Assembly (NCBI GenBank): GCA_032654565.1
Contig: JAULAX010000018.1
Span: forward strand, 192,001-256,000
DNA: 64,000 nucleotides
Reading direction: 5' to 3'
Origin: Anaeromyxobacteraceae bacterium
Lineage (GTDB): Bacteria; Myxococcota; Myxococcia; Myxococcales; Anaeromyxobacteraceae
The position numbers were made by a program, and so were the translations under genes. Position 1 is the first letter of the stretch. Each line of letters starts with the position of its first letter. The notes beneath the pieces are model-generated. The model saw nothing but the letters and a program-made list of their open reading frames with translations, was not told the origin of the DNA and did not search any database. Positions 33,224-42,488 of this stretch are shown piece by piece.

Positions 33224-34711
33224 ATGGGCAAGCCGACCGGATTCCTGGAGTACCAGCGCGAGCCGAAGCACGAGCGGGACCCGCTGGAGCGGATCAAGGA
33301 CTGGAGCGAGACCCACCCGGCCTGGGCCGAGGAGACGCTGCGCCAGCAGGGGGCGCGCTGCATGGACTGCGGCATCCCCTTCTGCCACACCGGCAAGCTG
33401 ATCGGCGGCATGGCCTCCGGCTGCCCCATCAACAACCTCATCCCGGAGTGGAACGACCTGGTCTACCGGGGGCAGTGGCGCGAGGCCTACATCCGCCTGG
33501 CCAAGACCAACAACTTCCCCGAGTTCACCGGGCGGGTCTGCCCGGCCCCCTGCGAGGGGAGCTGCACCTGCGCCCTCAACGGCGAGGCCGTCACCATCAA
33601 GTCCATCGAGGCCGAGATCATCGACCGGGCCTTCGCCGAGGGCTGGGTGGTGGCCGAGCCGCCGCCGGTCCGGACCGGCAAGCGGGTGGCGGTGGTCGGC
33701 TCCGGCCCGGCCGGCCTGGCCTGCGCCGCCCAGCTCAACCGGGCCGGGCACGTGGTCACGGTCTTCGAGCGGGCCGACCGCGTCGGCGGCCTGCTCATGT
33801 ACGGCATCCCCAACATGAAGCTGGACAAGGGGGTGGTGGAGCGGCGGGTCAAGCTGCTGGCCGACGAGGGGATCCGCTTCGTCACCTCCACCGAGATCGG
33901 GAAGCACATCACCGCCGACCGGCTGGTCAAGGACTACGAGGCGGTGGTGCTCTGCGGCGGCGCCACCGCCGGGCGGGACCTGGCCGTGGAGGGGCGCTCG
34001 CTCCAGGGCATCCACCTGGCCATGGAGTTCCTCCACCGCAACACCAGGAGCCTGCTCGACTCCGGCCTGGCCGACGGCCAGCACCTCTCCGCCACGGGGA
34101 AGCAGGTGGTGGTGATCGGCGGCGGCGACACCGGCACCGACTGCGTCGGCACCTCCCTGCGTCACCGGGCCCGCAGCGTCACCCAGCTGGAGATCCTGCC
34201 CCGCCCCCCGGAGCGGCGCGCCGCCGACAACCCGTGGCCGCAGTGGCCCAAGGTCTACAAGCTCGACTACGGGCAGGAGGAGGCCCGGGCGCTGCAGGGG
34301 GCCGACCCCCGCCAGTACGCGGTGCTCACCAGGAAGTTCATCGGCGACGACGCCGGCCGGGTGAAGGCGCTGCAGCTGGTCTCGGTGGAGTGGAAGAAGG
34401 GGGCCGACGGCCGCTTCGGGCCGCAGGAGGTGGCCGGCAGCGAGCGGACCATCCCCGCCGACCTGGTGCTGCTGGCGCTGGGGTTCACCGGCCCGGAGAA
34501 GACCGTGCCCGGCCAGCTCCAGTGCAAGCTCGACGAGCGCGGCAACGTCTGGACCGACGCCGACAAGATGACCAGCGTGCCGGGCATCTTCGCCGCCGGT
34601 GACATGGCCCGCGGCCAGTCGCTGGTGGTCTGGGCCATCCAGGAGGGGCGGGTGGCGGCGCAGTCGGTCGACCGCTTCCTCTCCCACGGCGAGACGGTGC
34701 TGCCGACCTGA
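33224..34711 (+). CDS. gltD: glutamate synthase small subunit
   Basis: [48 protein letters not shown]. Confidence 0.96.
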   Translation: MGKPTGFLEYQREPKHERDPLERIKDWSETHPAWAEETLRQQGARCMDCGIPFCHTGKLIGGMASGCPINNLIPEWNDLVYRGQWREAYIRLAKTNNFPEFTGRVCPAPCEGSCTCALNGEAVTIKSIEAEIIDRAFAEGWVVAEPPPVRTGKRVAVVGSGPAGLACAAQLNRAGHVVTVFERADRVGGLLMYGIPNMKLDKGVVERRVKLLADEGIRFVTSTEIGKHITADRLVKDYEAVVLCGGATAGRDLAVEGRSLQGIHLAMEFLHRNTRSLLDSGLADGQHLSATGKQVVVIGGGDTGTDCVGTSLRHRARSVTQLEILPRPPERRAADNPWPQWPKVYKLDYGQEEARALQGADPRQYAVLTRKFIGDDAGRVKALQLVSVEWKKGADGRFGPQEVAGSERTIPADLVLLALGFTGPEKTVPGQLQCKLDERGNVWTDADKMTSVPGIFAAGDMARGQSLVVWAIQEGRVAAQSVDRFLSHGETVLPT

Positions 34712-34715
34712 GGAA

Positions 34716-34768
34716 TGGCGCCGGTTGGCCCGGTCGGCCCAGATGGGCCGGCCCGTGGCCTGGCGTCA
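34716..34768 (+). terminator. long GC-rich hairpin after gltD
   Basis: GGTCGGCCC-AGAT-GGGCCGGCC inner stem and TGGCGCCGG/CCTGGCGTCA outer stem. Confidence 0.45.
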
Positions 34769-34866
34769 CGGCCCGCCTGGGGCCTTGCCTTGAAGGGGGC
34801 TGGTCTCCTATGTCAAGGTCCGACCAACGCGGGGGGAGGCGAGATCGCCCAGCGGGTGCCGTCACC

Positions 34867-34878
34867 GGGGGGGGGGGG
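34867..34878. repeat. G12 homopolymer immediately before an ATG
   Basis: Twelve consecutive G, then CATG (ATG at 34880). Confidence 0.85.
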
Positions 34879-34879
34879 C

Positions 34880-35854
34880 ATGCAGCAGCTCGACGCGCAG
34901 AGGCGACCACGCCCGGGCGGGCCCTGGTCGGCGCGGGCGGCCGGGGCGCGGGTGGCCTGGTGGCACCGTCACGCCGCCCTGTCGTCGCTGGCCGTCGCCG
35001 TGGTCCTGGCGGCCTGCGCCCCGGACCCGCGCGCCAGCTACGCCCCGGTCTACGGTCCTGCCCGCCCGACGGCCGGGGGTATCTACCGCTTCGCCGTCCA
35101 TCCGCTCCACAACCCGCAGCGCCTCGCCGAGACCTATGGCCCCATCGTCGCCTACCTGAACCGGAGGCTGGGCGGGCCGATCCTCCAGCTGGAGGCGGCG
35201 CGCTCCTACGAGGAGTTCGAGAGCAAGCTCTACGGCCGGGCCTACGACCTGGCCCTCCCCAACCCGCACCAGACCATCCACGCCCTGCAGAGCGGGTACC
35301 GCCCCTTCGGGAAGATGGGCGACGACACCAGCTTCCGCGGCATCATCCTGGTGCGCCGGGACTCGGGGATCCTCGAGGTCGCGCAGCTCAAGGGGAAGGC
35401 GGTGGCCTTCCCGGCGCCGACGGCGCTGGCGGCCACCATGCTGCCGCTCTGGTTCCTCCACCACCACGGGCTGGACGCCAACCGCGACATCCAGCGCCGC
35501 TACGCCGGCTCCCAGGAGTCGTCGATCATGAGCGTCTACCTGGGCGAGACCGCGGCGGGCGCCACCTGGCCCGTCCCCTGGGAGGCGTTCCAGCGGAAGC
35601 GCCCCGACATCGCGGCGGCGCTGGTGGTCCGCTGGGAGACCGCGTCCCTCCTCAACAACAGCCTGGTGGCCCGCGATGACGTGCCGCCGGAGCTGGTGAA
35701 GCGGCTCGGGGAGCTCCTCTCCAGCCTGCACGAGACCGAGGAGGGCGCCCGGCTCCTGCAGGCCATCCCCATCTCCCGCTTCGAGCCGGCCAGCGCCCTG
35801 ACCTACGAGCCGGTGCGCGTCTTCCTCGACGCCTACGAGAAGGCCATCCAGTGA
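34880..35854 (+). CDS. PhnD/SsuA-like periplasmic binding lipoprotein (start uncertain)
   Basis: LAAC lipobox, FAVHPLH, FRGIILVRRDS, LKGKAVAFPAPTALAA, GSQESSI. Confidence 0.8.
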   Translation: MQQLDAQRRPRPGGPWSARAAGARVAWWHRHAALSSLAVAVVLAACAPDPRASYAPVYGPARPTAGGIYRFAVHPLHNPQRLAETYGPIVAYLNRRLGGPILQLEAARSYEEFESKLYGRAYDLALPNPHQTIHALQSGYRPFGKMGDDTSFRGIILVRRDSGILEVAQLKGKAVAFPAPTALAATMLPLWFLHHHGLDANRDIQRRYAGSQESSIMSVYLGETAAGATWPVPWEAFQRKRPDIAAALVVRWETASLLNNSLVARDDVPPELVKRLGELLSSLHETEEGARLLQAIPISRFEPASALTYEPVRVFLDAYEKAIQ

Positions 35855-37866
35855 CCCCGGTGAGCGCCGCGGCTCCTGCAGCGGCCAGCCCACCCGTGCC
35901 GCCCGGCCCTCGGCCCGGCCGGCGGGGCTGGTGGCTGAGCCTCAGGGCCCAGCTGATCATCGGGGTGACCGGCGTCCACCTGCTCCTGGTGGCCGGGTTC
36001 ACCATCGAGGTGGTGAAGCGGCAGCAGGCCTTCCTCGCCGGCGAGGCCCATGACCAGGTCGAGGGGCTGGTCAGGCTGCTGGCCCTCAACTCCAGCTCCT
36101 GGGTGCTGGCCAACGATGGGGTCGGCCTCGGGGAGGTGGTCTCGGCGCACCGCGCCCAGCCCGGGCTCCGCTACGCCATGGTGGTCTCCCCCGAGGGCCG
36201 GGTGCTGGCTCACACCGACAGCGACCGCGTCGGCACCCAGCTGGTGGACCCGCCGAGCCAGCAGGTGCTCAGCGGGGAGGCCAGGTTTCAGGTGGTCCAC
36301 TCCGACGGGGCGCTGCTCGACATGGCCGGGCCGGTCCTCTCCAGTACCGGGGCCTGCGTGGCCTGGGTCCGGATCGGGCAGGGACAGGAGGCCATGACCC
36401 GGAACCTGGTCGCCGTCCAGCGCGCCGGGCTGGCCTTCGGCCTGGTGGCCACGCTCCTGGGAGCGGCGTTCGCCACCGCCATGGGGCACTGGCTCACCTC
36501 GCGCATCCGCAGCCTGCTGGCCGTCTCCCAGGGCGTCCGGGCCGGGCGGACCGACCTGCGGGCCAGGACCAGCGGGGGCGACGAGCTCGCCGAGCTCGGG
36601 GCAGGCATCGACGCCATGCTGGACGGGATCCAGGAGCGGGAACGGGAGAACGCCAGGCTGGAATCCGAGCTCATCCACTCCCAGCGGCTCGAGTCGGTCG
36701 GTCGGCTGGCCGGCGGCGTGGCGCACGACTTCAACAACCTGCTCACCGTCATCCTCGGGAATGCCGAGCTGCTCCAGGGAACGGTGCCGCAAGGGCCGCA
36801 GCAGGAAGGACTCATGGCGATCCTCGACGCCGGACGCCGGGCGACCGAGGTGGCGCGGGGCCTGCTGGTCTTCAGCCGCAAGCAGCTGGTGAGCCCGCGC
36901 CGCCTCGACCTGCGTGAGCTGGTGCGCGGGACGGACAAGCTGCTCTCCAGGCTCATCGGCGAGGACGTCCAGGTCATCCTGCGGGTCACCGAGGAGCCGG
37001 TCGAGATCGTGGGAAACCGGGGCCAGCTCGAGCAGGTGATCATGAACCTCGCCACCAACGCCAGGGATGCCATGCCCGGCGGCGGGCGGCTCACCATCGA
37101 GGTCTCGACGGTCGAGTTCCCGGAGGCCGAGGTGCGGGCCCGCGGCCTGCGAGGGCGGCGCCATGCGCTGGTCTCGGTGCAGGACGACGGCCGCGGCATG
37201 GACGCCGCGACCCAGGTCCGCATCTTCGACCCCTTCTTCACCACCAAGGAGGTCGGGAAGGGGACCGGCCTGGGGCTCTCCCTGGCCTACGGGATCCTCC
37301 GGCAGCACGGCGGGTTCATCGAGGTGACGAGCGCGCCCGGGAGCGGCACCACGTTCCGGCTCTACCTGCCGCTGGCGCCTCCTGCGAGCGGCGAGGCCGC
37401 GGCACCGGAAGCCGCGCCCGGGCTGGTGGACTCGCCGCCGGCCTCTGTGGACCAGGAGGCGGGGGAGGGGCGTCGCTCGCTCCAGGGCGGCGGCGGGGAG
37501 CTGATCCTGCTGGCCGAGGACGACGCCATGGTCCGGTCTTTCGGAGCCAGGGTGCTGCGCGGCGCCGGCTACCAGGTCCTCGAAGTCGCCGACGGCGAGG
37601 AGGCGGTGAGCCAGTTCCAGGCGCGACGCGCCGAGATCGCGCTCTGTGTCTTCGACCTGGTGATGCCGAAGCGCTCGGGCCGGGCGGCCTGGCGCGAGAT
37701 CGAGGCCCTGGGAACACCGTCGCGGATCCTCTTCGTGAGCGGGTACTCGCCGGAGATCAGCTTCGTCGAGATGTCGGCCCGCGAGGACGCCGCGCTCCTC
37801 CGCAAGCCCTACCTGGCGATCGAGCTGCTGGCGAGGGTCCGCGAGATGCTCGACGGGCCTCGCTAG
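35851..37866 (+). CDS. hybrid sensor histidine kinase (TM-sensor-HAMP-HisKA-HATPase-REC)
   Basis: LAGGVAHDFNNLL, NLATNARDAM, FDPFFTTKEVGKGTGLGL, receiver AEDD...DLVMP...KP. Confidence 0.93.
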   Translation: MTPVSAAAPAAASPPVPPGPRPGRRGWWLSLRAQLIIGVTGVHLLLVAGFTIEVVKRQQAFLAGEAHDQVEGLVRLLALNSSSWVLANDGVGLGEVVSAHRAQPGLRYAMVVSPEGRVLAHTDSDRVGTQLVDPPSQQVLSGEARFQVVHSDGALLDMAGPVLSSTGACVAWVRIGQGQEAMTRNLVAVQRAGLAFGLVATLLGAAFATAMGHWLTSRIRSLLAVSQGVRAGRTDLRARTSGGDELAELGAGIDAMLDGIQERERENARLESELIHSQRLESVGRLAGGVAHDFNNLLTVILGNAELLQGTVPQGPQQEGLMAILDAGRRATEVARGLLVFSRKQLVSPRRLDLRELVRGTDKLLSRLIGEDVQVILRVTEEPVEIVGNRGQLEQVIMNLATNARDAMPGGGRLTIEVSTVEFPEAEVRARGLRGRRHALVSVQDDGRGMDAATQVRIFDPFFTTKEVGKGTGLGLSLAYGILRQHGGFIEVTSAPGSGTTFRLYLPLAPPASGEAAAPEAAPGLVDSPPASVDQEAGEGRRSLQGGGGELILLAEDDAMVRSFGARVLRGAGYQVLEVADGEEAVSQFQARRAEIALCVFDLVMPKRSGRAAWREIEALGTPSRILFVSGYSPEISFVEMSAREDAALLRKPYLAIELLARVREMLDGPR

Positions 37867-37875
37867 TGCCCCGGT

Positions 37876-39303
37876 TCAGCCGGAGGGGTGGGACCGGGCC
37901 AGCAGCGGCGCGATGGCGGCGGCGTAGTAGCGCAGCACCGGCGCCTCGCCCGCCACCGTCACCCACCCACCGTCCCGCTCCTCCACCAGCCGCCGCTCCA
38001 CCAGCGTGCGCAGCCCCACCTCGATGGCGTAGGCCTCGTCCTCGCGCGGCAGGTAGACGTGGGCCCCGGTGGCACCGAGCCGCCGGATCAGGGCCTGGGT
38101 CCGGGCGTGCAGGTCGATGGTGGAGACCGGGGTCTCGCCGCCTCCCTCGAGCAGGGCGGTGCAGAGCAGCGACACCGGCAGGGCCGGGACCACCTGGGCC
38201 ACCGCCGCCATCAGCTGCGTGCCCAGCTCCTCCACCCGCGCCGCCCGCGCCTCCTTGGCCAGGGCGCGCCAGTCGACGCCGCGCGCCGCCGACCACTCGC
38301 GCATCGAGATGGGGGTCCCGAAGTTGACGCAGGCGTAGCCGAAGCGGTGCCAGCGCCCCAGCGACCAGAGCACCGCCTGGCGCAGGCCGAAGCGGGTGGC
38401 CGAGCCGGTGGTGGCCAGCAGCCCGCGAGGCGCCTCGCCGGCCGCCTGGGCCAGCAGCGCCCGGTCCTCCAGCACCCGGTCGTAGTTGATGCCCACCGGA
38501 ACGAAGCAGAGATCGCGCGGACCGGCCGGGTCGAAGGTGCGCAGCATGTAGTCGATGAGGCCGAGGCGGGCGGGCCGCAGCACCCCGTCGCGCGTCAGGC
38601 CGCCCTCGGGGAAGACCGCCTGCACCACGCCGGCCTCGGTGGCCATCTGGACGTAGCGCTCCAGCACCCGCCGGTAGATGGGGTCCTTGGAGTTGCGGCG
38701 GATGAAGTAGGCCCCCATGGAGCGGATCAGCGTCTGCAGCGGCCAGACCTGGGCCCACTCGCCGACCGCGTAGGAGAGGGCGGTCTTCTCCGCCGCCAGG
38801 TAGGCCACCAGCACGTAGTCCATGTTGGAGCGGTGGTTGACCACGAAGACCACGCTGGCCTTGGGGTCGACGCGCGAGAGCCCATCGTCGTCCTGGTAGC
38901 CGATGCGGACCCGGTAGAGCAGCCGGGCCACGGTGCGGGCGATGCGGTAGCCGATCTGGAAGTAGGCGTAGGGCTTGAAGGCCGGGACGATCTCGCTGGC
39001 GTAGCGGGCCACCCGGGCCTGGACCGCGGCGCGCGGCTCGCCCGAGTCGCGGGCGTGGGCGTCGACCGCCTCGAGCACCCGGGGATCGAAGGTGAGCCGG
39101 TCCACCAGCACCTCGCGGCGGGTCAGCTTGAAGGGCTGGATGTGGAGCCGGAGCCGGGAGTTGAGCCGGTCGATGACCACGTTGACCCTGCGGCGCAGGT
39201 ACCAGCGCAGGCCGGGGACCAGGAGCCGGTCGAGCAGCGCCACCACGGCGAGCGCCAGCAGGAGCAGCACTCCCCAGAGCGGCAGCGTCACGGTCTCTTC
39301 CAT
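37876..39303 (-). CDS. glycerol-3-phosphate acyltransferase (PlsB-like)
   Basis: HX4D motif NHRSNMDY, GAYFIRR, FPEGGLTRDG. Confidence 0.85.
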   Translation of the reverse strand: MEETVTLPLWGVLLLLALAVVALLDRLLVPGLRWYLRRRVNVVIDRLNSRLRLHIQPFKLTRREVLVDRLTFDPRVLEAVDAHARDSGEPRAAVQARVARYASEIVPAFKPYAYFQIGYRIARTVARLLYRVRIGYQDDDGLSRVDPKASVVFVVNHRSNMDYVLVAYLAAEKTALSYAVGEWAQVWPLQTLIRSMGAYFIRRNSKDPIYRRVLERYVQMATEAGVVQAVFPEGGLTRDGVLRPARLGLIDYMLRTFDPAGPRDLCFVPVGINYDRVLEDRALLAQAAGEAPRGLLATTGSATRFGLRQAVLWSLGRWHRFGYACVNFGTPISMREWSAARGVDWRALAKEARAARVEELGTQLMAAVAQVVPALPVSLLCTALLEGGGETPVSTIDLHARTQALIRRLGATGAHVYLPREDEAYAIEVGLRTLVERRLVEERDGGWVTVAGEAPVLRYYAAAIAPLLARSHPSG

Positions 39304-39439
39304 GCAGGGACCATAGCGGGGATCCGGCAGGGAATCCCGTCGCAGCGCGGCGTGGCGGCGCAGCCCACGCGGCCGATTTCAGGGGTGGCGGGCGCGGCCG
39401 CGGAGTAGGCTTCCGGCGGACCCAACCTCAGGAGCCGCC

Positions 39440-40237
39440 ATGCGCCGCACCCTCGTCCTCGCCATCCTCGCCGCCATGCCCTTCATGGAGGGGTGCCGCT
39501 GCCCGGTGGTCCAGTCCGGCCACCGCGGCATCGTCTTCAAGTCGCTCTCCGGCGGCACCTCCAAGGAGGTGGTGGGGGAGGGGCTGCACGTCATGCCGGT
39601 CTGGAACTCGGTGATCCCGTACGACACCCGGGTCCACGAGATGAAGGAGCAGCTGGCGGTCATCTCCTCCAACGGCCTGACCATGATCGTCGACGCCTCG
39701 ATCCGCTACCGGCCCAAGGAGGACGAGCTCTTCGAGCTGCAGACCAAGATCGGCCAGGACTACGACCAGAAGCTGATCGCGCCGGTGGTCCGCTCCGAGG
39801 CCCGCAAGGTCTTCGGCCGCTACCAGCCCGAGGAGATCTACTCGACCAAGCGCGAGGAGATCGAGCGGCAGATCTACGACGAGGTGCTCAAGGCGCTCAA
39901 CGGCAAGCACGTGGTGGTGGAGGCGGTGCTGGTGCGCGACGTGGCGCTGCCCGAGACCATCAAGACCGCCATCGCCGACAAGCTGGCCGAGGAGCAGCGC
40001 TCCCAGAAGATGAAGTTCACGCTCGACAAGGAGCGGCAGGAGGCCCAGCGCAAGCAGGTGGAGGCCGAGGGCATCGCCAAGTACCAGTCGATCGTCCGGC
40101 TCGGGCTCACCAACGAGTACCTGCAGTGGAAGGGGATCGAGGCCACCCAGGCGCTGGCGCTCAGCCCCAACACCAAGATCGTGGTGGTGGGGGGCGGCAA
40201 GAGCGGCCTGCCGGTGATCCTGCAGACCGACAAGTAG
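39440..40237 (+). CDS. SPFH/prohibitin (band 7) family protein
   Basis: EGLHVMP, EEIYSTKREEI, VLVRDVALP, EAQRKQVEAEG. Confidence 0.9.
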   Translation: MRRTLVLAILAAMPFMEGCRCPVVQSGHRGIVFKSLSGGTSKEVVGEGLHVMPVWNSVIPYDTRVHEMKEQLAVISSNGLTMIVDASIRYRPKEDELFELQTKIGQDYDQKLIAPVVRSEARKVFGRYQPEEIYSTKREEIERQIYDEVLKALNGKHVVVEAVLVRDVALPETIKTAIADKLAEEQRSQKMKFTLDKERQEAQRKQVEAEGIAKYQSIVRLGLTNEYLQWKGIEATQALALSPNTKIVVVGGGKSGLPVILQTDK

Positions 40238-40259
40238 GGGGCGGCGTGCCGACCGCGGC

Positions 40260-41840
40260 TCAGGCCCCGGCCACGGCGGCCGGGTCCAGGGTGACGCCGG
40301 CCCGCTCCAGCAGCGCCTTGAAGTCGGCCTTGGCCACCGCCTTCTGCCAGGCCTCCTGCGGCTCGACCACCTTGCGCTTCACCAGGTCGATGAGCGAGTC
40401 GTTGAGGGTGACCATCCCCTGGGCCCGCCCGGTCTGCATCATCGACGGGATCTGGAAGGTCTTCCCCTCGCGGATGAGGTTGGCCACGCCGGTGTTGCAG
40501 AGCAGGATCTCCAGCGCCGGCACCCGCCCGCCGCCGACCTTCTTGCACAGGGTCTGGGCGATGACCCCCTTGAGCGACTCGGAGAGCATCATCCGGATCT
40601 GCGCCTGCCGGTCGGAGGGGAACTGGTCGATGATCCGGTCCACCGTGGAGGGGGCGGTGTTGGTGTGCAGGGTGCCGAACACCAGGTGGCCGGTCTCGGC
40701 GGTCTCGATGGCGATGGCGATGGTCTCCAGGTCGCGCAGCTCGCCCACCAGCACCACGTCGGGGTCCTCGCGCAGCGCCGCCCGCAGCGCCGCCTTGAAG
40801 CCGCTGGTGTGGACCCCCACCTCGCGCTGGTTCACCAGGCAGCGCTTGTTGGGGTGGACGAACTCGATGGGGTCCTCGATGGTGACGATGTGGTCCTCGC
40901 GGTTGCGGTTGATGTAGTCGACCATGGCCGCCAGGGTGGTCGACTTGCCCGAGCCGGTGGGGCCGGTGACCAGCACCAGCCCCTTGCTGAGGAAGCAGAG
41001 GTCGAGCACCGGCCTGGACAGGCTCATCTTCTCGGCGGTGAGGATCTCGGTGGGGATCTGGCGGAGCACCGCGCCGATCCCCTTCCGGTCGCAGAAGACG
41101 TTGACGCGGAAGCGGGCCTGCGGGGTCTCGTGGGCGAAGTCGGTGTCCTTCCTGGCGTGCCACTCCTCGCGGTTCTTCTCCGGCGCCATCGACCAGAGCA
41201 GCTCCTTGAGCCGCTCTGGGCCGAGCGCGCCGTAGCTCGCCACCGCGGTCATGTCGCCGTCGATGCGCAGCATGGGCGGGCAGTCGCTGGTCAGGTGCAG
41301 GTCGGAGGCGCCACGCCGCACCATGGTCTCGAGCAGGGCCTCGAGCGCGGCGCGCGGGTCGGCGGGGGCGGGGATCTCGATGGCCGGCGGAGGCGGTGGC
41401 GCCGCCGGGGCGGGCGGGGCGACCGACGCTGCGGGCGCCGAGGGAGGGCGGGAGACCGCGGCCAGGAAGTCCAGGTCGAGCGCCGGCGTGCCGGCTGCCG
41501 GCGTGGGCGGGGCGCTGGAGGGCTTCACCGGCGTGCCGGTGGTCAAGGGCACCACCGTGGCCCGGGCCATGGCGCCGGCCAGCTCGAACCGGACCTTCAC
41601 CGGTCCGGCCGGGGCCAGGTAGTTGAAGACCGTCGGCCCGGGTCGCGGGAAGCCGGTCCGCTGGTCGTCCGGCACGATCTCGGCCACCGCCCCGACGATC
41701 TGCGCCGTGGTGAGCGCCTGCTTGATGGGCTGCTGCGTCCCCCGGGTGGTGACCAGGGTGGCCCCCTCGCCGGTGGCGAAGCTGAGCTGGCCGCGAGGAT
41801 CGGCGAGGAGGAGATCGATGATGGCGTCGAGTCGGGGCAT
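40260..41840 (-). CDS. pilT: PilT/PilU-family retraction ATPase with N-terminal extension
   Basis: ASDLHL, GPTGSGKSTT, TIEDPIEF, ALREDPDVVLVGELRD, AETGHLVFGTLHT, VANLIRE. Confidence 0.9.
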   Translation of the reverse strand: MPRLDAIIDLLLADPRGQLSFATGEGATLVTTRGTQQPIKQALTTAQIVGAVAEIVPDDQRTGFPRPGPTVFNYLAPAGPVKVRFELAGAMARATVVPLTTGTPVKPSSAPPTPAAGTPALDLDFLAAVSRPPSAPAASVAPPAPAAPPPPPAIEIPAPADPRAALEALLETMVRRGASDLHLTSDCPPMLRIDGDMTAVASYGALGPERLKELLWSMAPEKNREEWHARKDTDFAHETPQARFRVNVFCDRKGIGAVLRQIPTEILTAEKMSLSRPVLDLCFLSKGLVLVTGPTGSGKSTTLAAMVDYINRNREDHIVTIEDPIEFVHPNKRCLVNQREVGVHTSGFKAALRAALREDPDVVLVGELRDLETIAIAIETAETGHLVFGTLHTNTAPSTVDRIIDQFPSDRQAQIRMMLSESLKGVIAQTLCKKVGGGRVPALEILLCNTGVANLIREGKTFQIPSMMQTGRAQGMVTLNDSLIDLVKRKVVEPQEAWQKAVAKADFKALLERAGVTLDPAAVAGA

Positions 41841-41842
41841 GG

Positions 41843-42310
41843 TCAGTGGGGGATCAGCGTCACCAGGGCGACGTGGCATTTGTTGACGTAGGCCACCCGC
41901 GTCCCCTGCAGCAGCCGGAAGAACGGCGGCGGCTCGTTGAGCAGGTCGGCGAGGCGGGAGTGGTCCGGCGGGCGGACGAAGGAGACCAGCCCTCGCTGCA
42001 CCGTTCCGTCGGCCAGCTGGACGTCCACCTCGTACTCGGTGGGCAGGGTGACCGCGTCGTCGTCGGCGTCCTGGGCCTGGTCCACCCGCACCACCATCAC
42101 CCCCTTGCGGTTGAAGAAGGTCATGGCGCCGGCCTGCTCGTCCCAGGCCGGGAGGAAGTCCACCTCGCCGTTGAGCAGATCGAGCGGCCGCTCCGGGCCG
42201 TGGTGGTCGGGCGCGGCCTCGGCGAGGAAGAAGGCCATGTGCCGGACCGCTCCGCCGGGGAGCACCACCTCGACGACGGTCTTGTGCTTGGGGACCCTCA
42301 GATCGCTCAT
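41843..42310 (-). CDS. hypothetical protein of two similar halves (DUF6812-like), coupled to pilT
   Basis: ATG 42310; halves each contain R..DLLN...F...N; ends 2 nt before pilT start. Confidence 0.7.
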   Translation of the reverse strand: MSDLRVPKHKTVVEVVLPGGAVRHMAFFLAEAAPDHHGPERPLDLLNGEVDFLPAWDEQAGAMTFFNRKGVMVVRVDQAQDADDDAVTLPTEYEVDVQLADGTVQRGLVSFVRPPDHSRLADLLNEPPPFFRLLQGTRVAYVNKCHVALVTLIPH

Positions 42311-42488
42311 CAGGTCCAGGGTGCTGCGAAGCGCGTGCCCACCGAGCCTCAACGGTCGCGGGGCGATGTCGCGCGGGTCCGGCGACCCGGGGTGGTGGCC
42401 GACCCGGCGGGGCGACCCGGCGACCAGGTGCCCGTGGCGAAGGGGTCAGGTGTCAACGAGGCAGACACCCTGCACGAAAGGCCCACCC

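Noticed and set aside
28036..34687. 2188-aa (+) and 2075-aa (-) ORFs, and similar long ORFs across the window
   Set aside because: Off-frame or antisense shadows of gltBD and other real genes; Arg/Pro/Gly-rich with no motifs, expected where stop codons are rare at high GC
42381..42428. Four copies of G(G/C)CGACC(C/A)GG
   Set aside because: Irregular spacing and nearly all GC, so chance cannot be excluded; too short for a CRISPR array
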